Positions 18,019 to 29,500 of a DNA stretch of 64,000 nt are shown piece by piece. Every line of letters starts with the position of its first letter. Position 1 is the stretch's first letter. Origin of the DNA: Candidatus Krumholzibacteriia bacterium. Lineage in GTDB: Bacteria; Krumholzibacteriota; Krumholzibacteriia; LZORAL124-64-63. The notes under the pieces are model-generated. The model was not told the DNA's origin. It ran no database searches and saw only the letters and a program-made list of their open reading frames with translations. The DNA lies in contig JAZBOO010000163.1 of assembly GCA_036351155.1 (NCBI GenBank), positions 1 through 64,000 of the forward strand, given 5' to 3'. The translations under genes were made by a program, and so were the position numbers.

Positions 18019-18762
18019 GTGGCCGCGCCACCCCAAGGGAAGGGACACCTCACGTTGAAGTTCACACGTATTCTCTTGAAGCTCAGTGGCGAAGCCCTCA
18101 TGGGCGAAGGTGAGCAGTTCAGCCACAGCAAACTCACCGACCTGGCCCGGTACATTGCCGAGGTCCAGCAGATGGGTGTTCAGATCGGCATCGTGATCGG
18201 GGCGGGGAACATCTTCCGGGCCCGGTCCGCCAACCTGGAGATTGTCGACCGGGTGACCGCCGACAACGTGGGCATGCTGGCCACCATCATGAACGCCAGC
18301 ATCCTGCGGGATTACCTGAGGGCCGAGGGCCTGAAGGCCAACATTCTCAGTCCTCGGGAAGTGCGGCCGCTGACCGGCGCCTTTGCCCGGGACACCGCCC
18401 TGGGCCTGCTGCAGGCCGGCCATGTCCTGATCTTTGCCGGGGGCACAGGCAACCCCTTCTTCACCACCGACTCGGCGGCGTCCTTGCGGGCCCTGGAAAT
18501 CAGCGCCGATGCCCTGCTCAAGGGCACGCAGGTGGATGGGGTCTACGACAAGGATCCGCACAAGTTTGACGACGCCAAGCGTTACGACAAGTTGACCTAT
18601 GGAGAGGTCCTGGATCAGCGCTTGCAGGTCATGGACCTGACGGCCGTGACCCTGTGCAGCGAAATGGGCCTGCCCATGTTCGTGTTTGATATTTCCGACC
18701 CTGCCAACCTGGTCAAGACCATCGAAGGGACCCAGCGGGGGACCTGGATCACGAAGGAGTAG
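18019..18762 (+). CDS. pyrH: UMP kinase
   Basis: LLKLSGEAL, GAGNIFR and GTGNPFFTTD motifs; the true start may be TTG at 18055. Confidence 0.96.
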   Translation: MAAPPQGKGHLTLKFTRILLKLSGEALMGEGEQFSHSKLTDLARYIAEVQQMGVQIGIVIGAGNIFRARSANLEIVDRVTADNVGMLATIMNASILRDYLRAEGLKANILSPREVRPLTGAFARDTALGLLQAGHVLIFAGGTGNPFFTTDSAASLRALEISADALLKGTQVDGVYDKDPHKFDDAKRYDKLTYGEVLDQRLQVMDLTAVTLCSEMGLPMFVFDISDPANLVKTIEGTQRGTWITKE

Positions 18763-18765
18763 AAG

Positions 18766-19323
18766 ATGAGTGCCGAAGTCAGGGAAACCACCGAACTGGC
18801 CATGGAAGAAACCATCGACGGTATCAAGCACCGGCTTCAGAAAATCCGGACGGGAAAAGCTTCACCCGCCATGCTGGACAGCGTGAAGGTGGAGTACTAC
18901 GGTGCGCCGACCCCCTTGCAGCAGCTGGCCACCGTGTCGGTGCCCGAGCCCCGGCTGTTGACGGTCAAGCCTTTCGACCGATCGGTCATCGGGCTCATCG
19001 AAAAAGCCATCCAGGCCAGCAACCTGGGCCTGAATCCCGCCAGTGACGGCATGATGATCCGGCTGCAGATTCCCGAGCTGACCGAAGATCGCCGCAAGGA
19101 TCTGGCCAAGCAGGCCAGGGAGATCGGTGAGGAGGGCAAGATCGCCGTGCGCCGCGCGCGCCAGGATGCCAACGATGCCTTGAAAAAGGAACAGAAGGAC
19201 GGCGAGATCACCGAGGACGAGCTGCACAAGGACCGCGACGATATCCAGAAACTGACGGACCGTTTCTGCGAACTGGTGGACAGCATCGTGGCTTCCAAGA
19301 ATGATGAAATCATGGAGATCTAG
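18766..19323 (+). CDS. frr: Ribosome recycling factor
   Basis: IRTGKASP, YYGAPTPL and PELTEDRRK motifs. Confidence 0.97.
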   Translation: MSAEVRETTELAMEETIDGIKHRLQKIRTGKASPAMLDSVKVEYYGAPTPLQQLATVSVPEPRLLTVKPFDRSVIGLIEKAIQASNLGLNPASDGMMIRLQIPELTEDRRKDLAKQAREIGEEGKIAVRRARQDANDALKKEQKDGEITEDELHKDRDDIQKLTDRFCELVDSIVASKNDEIMEI

Positions 19324-19337
19324 GTGGTGAGTGGCCG

Positions 19338-20198
19338 ATGAGTTCATCTCAAGAATTGAATCAACTGGCCCAGCTCGGCGATGACGAGCTCTGCGACGCG
19401 CTTGCGCAGTATCCCAACCTGCCCCGCCATGTGGCCATCATCATGGATGGGAACGGGCGGTGGGCCAAGAAGCGTTTCTTGCCCCGGGTGGCCGGCCATC
19501 GTGCCGGACGGCATGCGGTGCGGCGGTGCGTGGAAACCTGCGGTCGGCTGGGCATCGGGTATTTGACCCTGTACACCTTCAGCCAGGAAAACTTCGGCCG
19601 CCCCGAGGCCGAGGTCAAAGCCCTCTGGCACTTTCTCCAGGAAAGCCTGATTGCCGAGCGGGATGATCTGCAGCGGCGGAATGTCCGTCTGGTGGCCTCG
19701 GGCGATCTGGAACAGCTGCCCGAACCGGCGCGCCGGGGATTGCAGGAGGTCATCGCCTCTCTGGCCGGCAACACCGGGCTGACCTTGAATCTGGCGCTGG
19801 CTTACGGGGGACGTCAGGAGATCCTGAGTGCCACCCGTCGCCTGGCCGCCAAGGTGGCCCAGGGTGAGCTGGAACTGGACCAGATCGATGAGGCCACCTT
19901 TGCCCAGCAGCTCTACAGCCCCGAGGTGCCGGATCCCGACCTCCTGATCAGGACCAGCGGGGAAGGTCGCCTGAGCAATTTTCTGCTCTGGCAATCGGCC
20001 TACGCCGAGTTCCTGTTCACGCCAGTTCTGTGGCCGGATTTCAAGGAGCGAGACCTGTTGCAGGCTCTCCTGGATTATCTGGGCCGGGAGCGTCGCTTCG
20101 GCGCCCTGAGCGAGACCTCCGATGCCCTCGACGGATCCGACCCCGAATCGGTGTTCGACGCCGCCCGCTGGAAGCGACTGCTCAAGGTGCGGTCGTGA
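19338..20198 (+). CDS. uppS: Undecaprenyl diphosphate synthase
   Basis: HVAIIMDGNGRWA and DLLIRTSGEGRLSNFLLWQSAY motifs. Confidence 0.96.
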   Translation: MSSSQELNQLAQLGDDELCDALAQYPNLPRHVAIIMDGNGRWAKKRFLPRVAGHRAGRHAVRRCVETCGRLGIGYLTLYTFSQENFGRPEAEVKALWHFLQESLIAERDDLQRRNVRLVASGDLEQLPEPARRGLQEVIASLAGNTGLTLNLALAYGGRQEILSATRRLAAKVAQGELELDQIDEATFAQQLYSPEVPDPDLLIRTSGEGRLSNFLLWQSAYAEFLFTPVLWPDFKERDLLQALLDYLGRERRFGALSETSDALDGSDPESVFDAARWKRLLKVRS

Positions 20199-21076
20199 CG
20201 GATCCTTCCACACAGTCCCCGGCTGCTCGCGGCAGTGCATTTCAGCGTTTCTTGAAGGCGGGGATCGTACCCCGACTGGCTGTCATCCTGGTGGGGGTGC
20301 CCTGTCTATTCGTGATCACCCTGCGTGGTGGGGTTTTCTTTCTGCTCCTGGTTTCGCTGATCATTTTTCTGGGATTGCGCGAGTTTTACCAGCTGATGAA
20401 GGCCAAGGGGTACCAGCCCTTCGAGGCCCTGGGCTATTTCTGTGCCCTGGCCATCAGCGTCTATGCCTGGCGGCAGGGCCTGGCCGTGCCTCTCATCCTG
20501 ACCGGCAGCCTGCTGGCCATCATGATCCGTGAAGTCTTCCGCAAGGAAATGGCCCGGTCGCTGGACCACATGGCCGTGACGGTGTTCGGCATCATGTACG
20601 TGGGGTGGCTGGGCAGCCATCTGGTCACCTTGCGGCAGTTGCCGGCGGCCGTGGGCGTCGAGGACAACATCGGGGCCCGCCTGGTTTTTCTGGCTGCCCT
20701 TCTGACCTGGGCCACCGATACCGCGGCCTATCTGTTCGGGGTGGCCTTTGGCCGCCACAAGCTGATCCCCCGGATCAGCCCCAACAAGACCGTCGAGGGT
20801 GGGGTGGGCGGTTTACTGGGCGCGGCCCTGGTGGGCTGGATCTGCACCCGCACCTTCACGCCTTTCCTGACCCCTTTCGCAGGAGTCATGCTGGGCCTGG
20901 CCGTGGGGGTAGTGGCTCAACTGGGTGACCTGGTCGAGTCGCTCATCAAGCGGGACGCAGGGCTCAAGGATTCGGCCGAACTGATTCCCGGTCATGGCGG
21001 CGTCCTCGACCGGTTCGATTCCCTGCTTTTCACTGTGCCGGTGCTGTACTACTACTTCCGGCTGTTCATCTTATGA
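20195..21076 (+). CDS. cdsA: Phosphatidate cytidylyltransferase
   Basis: ISPNKTVEG and GDLVESLIKRDAGLKDS...PGHGGVLDRFD motifs; GTGA overlap with uppS. Confidence 0.95.
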   Translation: MTDPSTQSPAARGSAFQRFLKAGIVPRLAVILVGVPCLFVITLRGGVFFLLLVSLIIFLGLREFYQLMKAKGYQPFEALGYFCALAISVYAWRQGLAVPLILTGSLLAIMIREVFRKEMARSLDHMAVTVFGIMYVGWLGSHLVTLRQLPAAVGVEDNIGARLVFLAALLTWATDTAAYLFGVAFGRHKLIPRISPNKTVEGGVGGLLGAALVGWICTRTFTPFLTPFAGVMLGLAVGVVAQLGDLVESLIKRDAGLKDSAELIPGHGGVLDRFDSLLFTVPVLYYYFRLFIL

Positions 21077-21107
21077 TGCCCCAGGTGGGAGTGTAGACGG
21101 CGTGGCC

Positions 21108-22370
21108 ATGAGCTCCAGAAATGACAATCCCCGGGCTCTGTATCGCTGCGGTGCGCCGCGTCTGGTATTGCCGTCTCCCCTGCGCCTGGTCATCCTGGGT
21201 GCCACGGGGTCCATCGGGCGGCAAACCCTGGACCTGGTTTCTCGCTATCCCGAGCGCCTCGAGGTGGCCGGGCTCAGTTGCCATGGGCGCGTCGAGGATC
21301 TGGCGGCCATCGTCGAGGAACTGCACCGGCTTTTTCCTGATCTGCCGGGTCCGCTGTTGACGGTGACCGACCCCGCAGCCCACGCCCGGGCCGCACGGGA
21401 TCCGCGCCTGAAAGATCGGCTGCTGGGGGCGGGGCCTGCCGGATTGCGGGATCTGGTGGCCTCCTGCGAGGACGCCCACTGCCTGGTGAACGGGCTGGTG
21501 GGCGCTGTGGGGCTGGAGCCCACCCTGACCGCCGCCGCGCGGGGAATGCGCATCGCCCTGGCCAACAAGGAGTCGCTGGTGGTGGGCGGCGACCTGGTGC
21601 GGCAGGCGGTGCAGCAGGGCGGCGCCGAAGTTCTGCCCGTGGATTCGGAACATTCCGCCATGGCCCAGTGTTTGAGTGGAAGGTGTGCGTCCGAGGTGGC
21701 TCGGCTGATCCTGACCGCCTCGGGTGGTCCTTTCCGGGAGACCCCGGCGGCCGAGCTGGCCACCGTCACCCTGGAGCAGGTCCTCGACCATCCCACCTGG
21801 AACATGGGGCCCAAGATCACCGTCGACTCGGCCACCCTGATGAACAAGGGGCTGGAAGTCATCGAGGCCCACCACCTGTTCGGTCTGGCCTACGCGGATA
21901 TCGACGTGGTGGTGCACCCCGGGTCGTACGTGCACTCGCTGGTCGAGTTTGTCGACGGCGCGTTGCTGGCCCAGCTGGGCACGCCCGATATGCGGCTGCC
22001 CCTGCTGTACGCCATCAGCGGTGAGGAGCACTGGGAGCTGGGCGGTGACCGCCTGGATCTGGAAAAGATCGGGCAGCTGCACTTCGCCGCGCCCGACCTG
22101 GAACGGTTCCCCTGCCTGCGGCTGGCCCGCCAGGCCGGAGAGGCGGGACAGGGTGCGACCATCGTCCTGAACGCAGCCAACGAGATCGCGGTGGCGGCTT
22201 TGCTGGCCCATCGCCTCGGTTACACCGATATTGCCCGGATTGTCGAACGTACCCTGTCCGCCCTGTCGTCCCCGGTGATTCCGGACCTGGCCACGGCACT
22301 TGCGGTTGATCAACAAGCCCGAGAAACTGCGGAACGGCTCATTGCCGATCTGTGTGGTTCCGGCGCGTGA
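21108..22370 (+). CDS. dxr: 1-deoxy-D-xylulose-5-phosphate reductoisomerase
   Basis: LGATGSIG, LANKESLV, PVDSEHSA and HPTWNMGPKITVDSAT motifs. Confidence 0.97.
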   Translation: MSSRNDNPRALYRCGAPRLVLPSPLRLVILGATGSIGRQTLDLVSRYPERLEVAGLSCHGRVEDLAAIVEELHRLFPDLPGPLLTVTDPAAHARAARDPRLKDRLLGAGPAGLRDLVASCEDAHCLVNGLVGAVGLEPTLTAAARGMRIALANKESLVVGGDLVRQAVQQGGAEVLPVDSEHSAMAQCLSGRCASEVARLILTASGGPFRETPAAELATVTLEQVLDHPTWNMGPKITVDSATLMNKGLEVIEAHHLFGLAYADIDVVVHPGSYVHSLVEFVDGALLAQLGTPDMRLPLLYAISGEEHWELGGDRLDLEKIGQLHFAAPDLERFPCLRLARQAGEAGQGATIVLNAANEIAVAALLAHRLGYTDIARIVERTLSALSSPVIPDLATALAVDQQARETAERLIADLCGSGA

Positions 22371-22378
22371 GGTAAAAA

Positions 22379-23785
22379 TTGTCCCCGAACACGCTGTACA
22401 TCATCCTGGCTTTCCTGCTGACCCTGGGCACCGTCGTGGTCATCCACGAGCTGGGCCATTTCCTGTTCTGCAAGCTCTTCGGGGTCTACGTCAAGACCTT
22501 CTCCATCGGCATCGGGCCCAAGCTGCTCAAGAAGCGCTGGGGCGAGACCGAGTACACCATCAGCGCCATTCCCTTTGGCGGCTACGTGAAGATGGCGGGC
22601 GAGGGCATGATGGAGGAAATCCAGGACACCGGAACCTGGGAGGGGCGCAAGTACCCCCTGGGCACCGAGGAGGGGAACAAGGAAGCGGCGGGCATCGATG
22701 CGGACATTCCCCCGGAGCGCCTGTTCTTCAACCGGCCCGCCCATGAACGGTTGCTGGTCTTCATTGCGGGGCCCCTGTTCAACCTGGTGCTGGCCTACCT
22801 GGTGTTCACCGGGCTGATCCTGTCCCAGGGTTTGACTTTCGACCCGGTCACGGAAATCGGTCAGGTGCGGACCGGCTCGGCTGCCGCCGAGGCGGGTCTC
22901 CGTCAGGGTGATGTGATCACGGCCGTGAACGGCACCGAGGTCACATCGTGGGACGAAGCCTGGCTGGCCCTCATGGTGACCGACCCGGACCAGGAGGAGA
23001 GGCCGGAGGGCAACATCGTGACCTTGCAGCGGGACGGGGCTCTCCTGGAGATCGCCTTGCCCTTGCAGGGTGAAGGCGGCCTGCAGTACAACGATCTGGA
23101 GTCGGCCAACACCACCATCGGTCGCGTGCAGACCGGCGGACTTGCCGATGAACTGGGATTGCGGCAGGGCGACATCATCACCTCGGTCCAGGACACGATG
23201 GTCCATTCCTTCGGCATGATTGCCGGGATCATCAACCAGCGCCCGGGTATGGAAACTCATCTGACCTGGGTGCGCGACGGTCAGGCCATGAGCGGCGTGG
23301 TGATTCCCGAGGACCATGAGGTGGCCCCGGGGGTGACCAAGGGGCGCATTTTCATCGAGAGCATGAAGGAGTCGCGCAAGGTCGGCCTGTTCGAGGGGTT
23401 GGCGCTGGGCTATCGACAGACCAGTTTCACGGTGAAATATATCCTGCAGTCCCTGTGGGATCTGGTCAGCCGAAAACTGGGGCTGGGCAGTGTGGGTGGC
23501 CCCTTGCGGATCGGTCAGGCTGCGGGCGATATGCTGCGCTGGGGCTTCGACCGTCTGTTGAATTTCATCGCCTTCTTCTCGGTCAACCTTTTCCTGCTGA
23601 ACCTGCTGCCCATTCCCGTGCTGGACGGAGGGCATGTGCTGTTCCTGCTGGTCGAGGTGGCCAGGGGGGGCAAGCCGGTTCCCGAGCGCATCCAGGCCAT
23701 TGCCACGCAGCTGGGGCTGATCATCCTGCTGCTGTTCATGACCTTCGTGTTCTTCTGGGACATCTGGAAGGTTTCCGGTCACTGA
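22379..23785 (+). CDS. rseP: RIP metalloprotease RseP
   Basis: HELGH motif, PDZ domains and NLLPIPVLDGG. Confidence 0.95.
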   Translation: MSPNTLYIILAFLLTLGTVVVIHELGHFLFCKLFGVYVKTFSIGIGPKLLKKRWGETEYTISAIPFGGYVKMAGEGMMEEIQDTGTWEGRKYPLGTEEGNKEAAGIDADIPPERLFFNRPAHERLLVFIAGPLFNLVLAYLVFTGLILSQGLTFDPVTEIGQVRTGSAAAEAGLRQGDVITAVNGTEVTSWDEAWLALMVTDPDQEERPEGNIVTLQRDGALLEIALPLQGEGGLQYNDLESANTTIGRVQTGGLADELGLRQGDIITSVQDTMVHSFGMIAGIINQRPGMETHLTWVRDGQAMSGVVIPEDHEVAPGVTKGRIFIESMKESRKVGLFEGLALGYRQTSFTVKYILQSLWDLVSRKLGLGSVGGPLRIGQAAGDMLRWGFDRLLNFIAFFSVNLFLLNLLPIPVLDGGHVLFLLVEVARGGKPVPERIQAIATQLGLIILLLFMTFVFFWDIWKVSGH

Positions 23786-24258
23786 TTCTGATCGGCGGCC
23801 TCACCGGTATCGTCGATTTCAGTGCCGTCGTCCGGCTCCCGGCTCTCCTTCTCCTCGGGGGACAAGGGGCGGGGCAGGGGCTGGTGCAGGCGGTCCGGGC
23901 GAGGTGCGTTCACCAGGGAGTCGACCTCGGTGTCCAGGATGTCGAACAGAAGCTGGTGGACCAGCTTGGCCCGCCGCGGATCGCCCGGGGCCAGGGCCTC
24001 GGTGTCCCGCTGGGCGCTGTCTCCCCAGGCTGTGGCCAGGGAATCCAGCAGGGCGTCTCCGGTGGGACGATCCACCACGGCCACGGCCTTGGCCCTTTCC
24101 AGGGTGACGAAGCGCTGGATATACAGGTACTCGTCGGGGGTCAGGTCCTCGAGGGTCAAGGGGGGCGGATCTCCGGAGTCGCAGCCGGCCACGAGACAGC
24201 AAAGCCCCAGGAAAACGAAGGTCAGCTTGTTCAGTCGGTGACGCGAGTACGGGAACAT
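23779..24258 (-). CDS. Hypothetical lipoprotein
   Basis: From ATG 24258: MFPYSRHRLNKLTFVFLGLCCLVAGC lipobox, followed by a predicted helical body. Confidence 0.65.
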   Translation of the reverse strand: MFPYSRHRLNKLTFVFLGLCCLVAGCDSGDPPPLTLEDLTPDEYLYIQRFVTLERAKAVAVVDRPTGDALLDSLATAWGDSAQRDTEALAPGDPRRAKLVHQLLFDILDTEVDSLVNAPRPDRLHQPLPRPLSPEEKESREPDDGTEIDDTGEAADQNQ

Positions 24259-24387
24259 GGGATGATCAGCCTCGGGATTCGGGTGAATGGGACCGGGCCT
24301 GGGCGGGGGCGCCGTCAGACCCGTGAGAATTAACACTGTCGAGTTTTCATTGCCAGGCTTTTTCCCTGCGGAAGTCGAGCACGAGGA

Positions 24388-26508
24388 TTGATCCGGGCAC
24401 CAAGGGCAACACACGTGGATTCTCTCCCACGGTTTTCAGAAACCGGGACGCTCCTCATTTTCGCCCTGCTGATTCTGGGCTGCACCATGCTTTTGCCAGG
24501 GGTTGCGGTGGCCGACGAGGAACTGGACTATGGTCTGGAAACCCACCGCCTGGCCCGGATCCAGCTCACGGGAAACACCACCTTCTCGGACAATGATCTC
24601 AAAGGTGTCCTGCGCATCCAGGAACCCTCCTGGACCCGCCCCCTGAATACCCCGACCTACCGCCCTCACCTGGTGGACACCCAGGTCAACCTGATCAAGA
24701 ACTACTACCGGAACCGGGGGTTCCATCAGGTTCGGGCCGATCTCGATTCCATCACCACCCTGCCCGACAAGGGCGATGTTCTGCACATCTCCATCACCGA
24801 GGGAATGCGGACCATGATCCGCCGGGTCACTCTCTCGGACACCACCGCCGTGGGCGCAGCGGCCCTGCGCCAGGTCATGTACCTGAAAGAGGGCCGGCCG
24901 GCTCCCGCCGATCTCAACGGTTTCGGTGCCGACATCTACGCCATGCGGGATGTTCTGCGCAATGCCACCTTTCTGCAGGCGGTGGTGGTCCCTTCGATGT
25001 CCATCATCCCGAATGCCACCGCCACGGGTTTTTTGGCCGATGTGGACTACCGGATAGAGCCCGGTCCTTCCTTCTCGGTGGGGAAAATTGTGCTGCGGGG
25101 CAATGACAACACACAGGATAATCTCCTGACCCGGGAAATGGATATCGCGGCGGGTGATCCGCTGCGCTGGAGCAAGGTCGAGGATTCCCGGCGGCAGCTT
25201 CTGGTCACGTCCTTGTTCCGGGATGTGAGTATTTCTCCGGTGAGGGTGGATACCTTGCGTGGAGTGGCCGATCTCAGGGTCCAGGTGATCGAGCGCCGGC
25301 CCGCCTTCTACGAGGTGGGTGTGGGGGTCGGCAGCCTGGAGCGTATTCGTCTGCTGGCGGCCTGGGGTCACAACAATCTGTGGGGAACTGGTCGGCGGGT
25401 CCAGCTGCGCGCCCGGACCGCCTGGAACCTGGAAGATGTGGTGGGCACTCCGTCCAGCTTCAACGAAGGGCAGATCAACTTCTGGGTCGATGCCGACTAC
25501 GTGAACCCCCGCATCAGGGACAGCCGTTACAGTTTCGATCTGGGCATCTACCTGAAAAGAGAAACCCGCGGGGAGTCGGGACTTAATCTGGCCACCCATG
25601 GGTTCAACGTGGGGACCACCTGGAAGGCCAGCCGGCGGGTGACCAACAATGTCTACCTGGGCCTGAAGATCTCCGATCCCAGCGTGCATCCCTATGCGCC
25701 GGATGACCTGAAGGATCGATTCGCCCAGACCGGCGTGGCCCTGTCCCAGACCCGTTCCTGGAACTGGGGCATCTACATCGACCACCGGGACGACCTGTAC
25801 CGACCCACCGGTGGGATGTACACCACGGCCACGGCCAAGCTGGCCGGCGGTATCATGGGTGGGGACTTCAGCTTCTTCCGCTGGTCCGCCGCCTGGCACA
25901 ACTATCACTCCATGCCTGTGGGGGGAGTGCTGGCCCTGAGGTTCATGGTGGGTGGTGCCCGTCCCTATGGCCGCTCCCTGGATCTGGGGGCCGACGGGGT
26001 GCCCTACGATGACCGTTTCTTTGCCGGGGGCGCCTCCACGGTGCGGGGTTATGGCCACAACAGCCTGGGCCCCCAGGTGCAGGATCAGGAAGAGCTGGAC
26101 TTTCTGAACTATACCTCGGAAAACCTGTTGCCCGACAATCCCGCCCGCGGGGGCAACTACCTGATGCTGACCAATGTCGAGTACCGCTTTCCTTTGCCGT
26201 TGTTGAAACGCTGGAAACTGTCCAGCGTGATATTTTTCGAGGGAGGCAACGTCTGGGCCGAGGCGGGAGATATCCGCATGGAGGCCTTCCGGCTGACCTC
26301 CGATCCTGGCGATCCCCTGGATCCCGGCTCGACCAAGAGCTGGGACTACCGTTACAGTTATGGCACGGGTGTGCGTCTGGACACGCCCATCGGACCGGTG
26401 CGGGTCGATGTGGGTTTTCCCCTGAAGCGGGCGAACTACGTGTCGGCCGATCGCAACGTGACCGACCCGAAAACTGTCTGGCACTTTTCCCTGGGGTACC
26501 CGTTTTGA
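24388..26508 (+). CDS. Omp85 family outer-membrane protein (TamA-like; about 3 POTRA domains plus barrel)
   Basis: POTRA repeats (GNTTFS, YRNRGF, GNDNT), FFAGGASTVRGY, TPIGPVRVD, C-terminal SLGYPF; start may be GTG 24415. Confidence 0.88.
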   Translation: MIRAPRATHVDSLPRFSETGTLLIFALLILGCTMLLPGVAVADEELDYGLETHRLARIQLTGNTTFSDNDLKGVLRIQEPSWTRPLNTPTYRPHLVDTQVNLIKNYYRNRGFHQVRADLDSITTLPDKGDVLHISITEGMRTMIRRVTLSDTTAVGAAALRQVMYLKEGRPAPADLNGFGADIYAMRDVLRNATFLQAVVVPSMSIIPNATATGFLADVDYRIEPGPSFSVGKIVLRGNDNTQDNLLTREMDIAAGDPLRWSKVEDSRRQLLVTSLFRDVSISPVRVDTLRGVADLRVQVIERRPAFYEVGVGVGSLERIRLLAAWGHNNLWGTGRRVQLRARTAWNLEDVVGTPSSFNEGQINFWVDADYVNPRIRDSRYSFDLGIYLKRETRGESGLNLATHGFNVGTTWKASRRVTNNVYLGLKISDPSVHPYAPDDLKDRFAQTGVALSQTRSWNWGIYIDHRDDLYRPTGGMYTTATAKLAGGIMGGDFSFFRWSAAWHNYHSMPVGGVLALRFMVGGARPYGRSLDLGADGVPYDDRFFAGGASTVRGYGHNSLGPQVQDQEELDFLNYTSENLLPDNPARGGNYLMLTNVEYRFPLPLLKRWKLSSVIFFEGGNVWAEAGDIRMEAFRLTSDPGDPLDPGSTKSWDYRYSYGTGVRLDTPIGPVRVDVGFPLKRANYVSADRNVTDPKTVWHFSLGYPF

Positions 26509-29500
26509 TGCGCTGGGTCAAACCCGCCAAGTTGCCGGTGATCATCGCCTGGCTGATCATCCTCGGGGTGGTTGGCTGGTTGAGCATGAACCCCCGCTTC
26601 GTGGCTCCCTATGCCTCCCGACTGGTGGGACGCCACCTCCTGGGCATCGAAGAAGGGGGGCTGCAGGTACGGGATTTCCGGGTCCGGATTTTCGAGGGGA
26701 TGGACCTGTATGGCGTGAGCCTGACCCTGCCCAGCGCCTCCGGAGGAATGACCCTGGCCTCGGCCGACACCGTGGAGGTGGATTTCCTGGGCCAGGATCT
26801 GCTGGCCTACGTGCCGCGCCTGCGGCGGGTGGTCATCAGCCGGCCCGAGATTTTTTCCCGGAGTGGGACGGATACTCTCGGGCAGTCTGATCCCGGGGCC
26901 CCCGAAGAGATGCGCGGTTTTCCCCGGATTCTGATCGAGCACCTTGAGATCCGGGAGGGATTCTTCGAGTTCTCCGGAACGGACGGCAAGGTGACCGAGG
27001 AAATTTCCCGACTGGACTGGAGCGGCTCGGTGCGGTCGGACGAGGAAGTGGCTCTGGAGCTGCATCGTTGCGCCATTCACTGGACATCACGCCAGAGCAT
27101 TCTGGAGAATCTGCGTGGCCAGGTGGTGATCGACCGGGAACAGATCAAGGTGTCTCCGGTTTACGGCACCCTCAATGGCCACGATGCCCGGGTGACCGGG
27201 ACGCGCCGCTGGTCGCAGGAACTGGATATTGCCGTCCTGGGACAGGGTGTGAGCGTGGCGGAGATCGAAGATCTCATCGACATGACCATCGGGTTCAACG
27301 CCAGGGGCAACATTGCCGGTTCGTTTGTTGCCGCCAACGACACCCTGACCTATGCGGGGACTTTCACCGGTGAACTGGAAGGCTACCAGGTCGAACAGTT
27401 GACCGGCCAGGCGGTGGTGGGCTCGGAGGATGTCCTGCTGTCCGACCTGGCGGGGGTGATCAATGGGGCCTCCTTCACCGGTGGCGGACATTTCGATATC
27501 AGCCGACAGGACAGCGTGTCCTTCGTTCTGGAGGGCGAGGTGCAGGATGTGGATCTGGCCAAGGGGCTGATCCCCGAAGAGGACGATCTCCCGGTGACCG
27601 ATGGTCGGGGTTATCTGCGCATCGAGCATACCGATCTGCCCCTCTGGACCCGGGTCACCGGCACCCTGCACGACGGGTTCATCGAGATCATCCCCTTCGA
27701 CACCTGCCGGGTTGATGTGGTGGCCCTGGGCGACGAGGTTCATTTCAACCGGGTGGAACTGGACTACCGCCATCTCAACGCCGTGCTCGAAGGTGTTTCG
27801 GACTCCCGTCAGGTTTTCTCCGGGGATCTGACGGCTCAATCCGCGGACGTGACCACCTTGCCCAGAGAATGGGGCTGGCCCGCGCTTTCGGGGCAGATGC
27901 GTGGCCAGGGCTCGCTCCACGGCCTGCTGGATGACCTGGATTTCACCGGCGTGGTGACCCTGGACAGCCTGGGCCTGGGGCCCGTGGCCGCCCGGACCAG
28001 CCGGGCCAATCTTCAAGTGAAGCGGGTGCTGGGTGATCCGCTGATCACCGCAGCGGTCCTGGGCCAGGGGCTGTCGCTGGGTGGGGTTCCCTTCGGCGAT
28101 TTTCGCCTGGAAGGGTCAGCATCCTCTCAGATGGCGGTGATCGATACCTTCACGGCTGTGTATGGCGATACCAGCGTGGGTTTCGACCTCAGTGCCGTGT
28201 TCACCGACACCCTGCAGCTTTTTTCTCTCGACTCGTACAGCCATCTTCTCGAGGGCACGGCCTGGTCCATCAACGAACCGGTCGCTTTCAGCCTCCGGCC
28301 CGGGTTCTTCCATCTGCCGGCCCTGTTGCTGGAGTCGGAGCAGGGCGTGCTGGCCATGGAGGCCCTGTATCACGAAGGGCGTGAGGTCTCCGGTAGCCTG
28401 CTGCTCGAGGAGTTCGATCTGGGCCTGCTGGATCCCTTTCTGAGGAGCGATGAACCACTGACCGGCAAAATCACCGCCGATGTGCGGGTGTCGGGCCGTC
28501 CTGATGATCCGGTGGTCCAGCTTTCGGGACTGCTGACGGACAGCTCTTTCCGGCTGGCCCGGGTGGATTCGCTGCAGGTCGATGCCAGCTTCAATCAGGG
28601 CACCGTCTGGCTCAATCGGGTTGATCTGGCCAGTGAATTCGGGGGACTGGAAGTCGTGGGCACCGTGGCTCACCCGGGGGCGGGAGTGGAGGATTTCTGG
28701 CCCGATGCGGAACTCGATCTCGACCTGGTGGTGCACCAGGGCGACTGGGCTTTCCTGGAGCAGTTTGCCATTCCGGCTCTGGACCGTCTGGCGGGGACCT
28801 TTGATGGTCAGATCCAGGTGGCCGGGACCACCAGCAGTCCGCTGATCGAGGGTCAGGTTTTCAGCGCGCCATTTCACGTCCACTGGTTGCATCTGGATCA
28901 GCTGACCGGAACCATCTGGGCCGACAGCGACGCCCTGGTCCTGGCCGATCTGAAGGGGAACAAGCATGATCTGGCCCTCACGGGTCGGCTGGAGATTCCC
29001 GTGGACCTGGATTTCCTGAGCGAGCCTGTTACCCCCCTGGATGAACCTTTCTACATGCAGCTGGAGATTCCCGCGAACAGCAACCTGGCCCCCCTGGCTC
29101 AGGCCACCAACGCCTTCGTTCAGACTTCGGGCCGTGGGTCGGCTCACGTGGTGGTCTCCGGCCCCCTGGTTCACCCGTATTATCAGGGAGAACTGCAGAT
29201 CCGTGAGGCGGGTTTCGTGCTGCGGGATCTCGAGGAGATCTACCGCGAGGCCAGCTGTGACGGAACGTTCCAGGGAGATGTCCTGGAGGTGAAGAACATC
29301 CGGGGACAGGAGGGTTTGCGGGGCACCTTCGAGGGCGAAGGCCAGGTCGTGTTCAAGGGCCTGGAACTGGAAAGCTTCGACATCAAGCTGAACCTGGACC
29401 GTTTCCTGCTGGCCAGCATTCCTGATCTGCGGGCGGTCGTGGCCAGTGATAATGCCCGCATGACCAGCGTTTTCGTGGGCCCCGACAGCCTGCTGGTGCC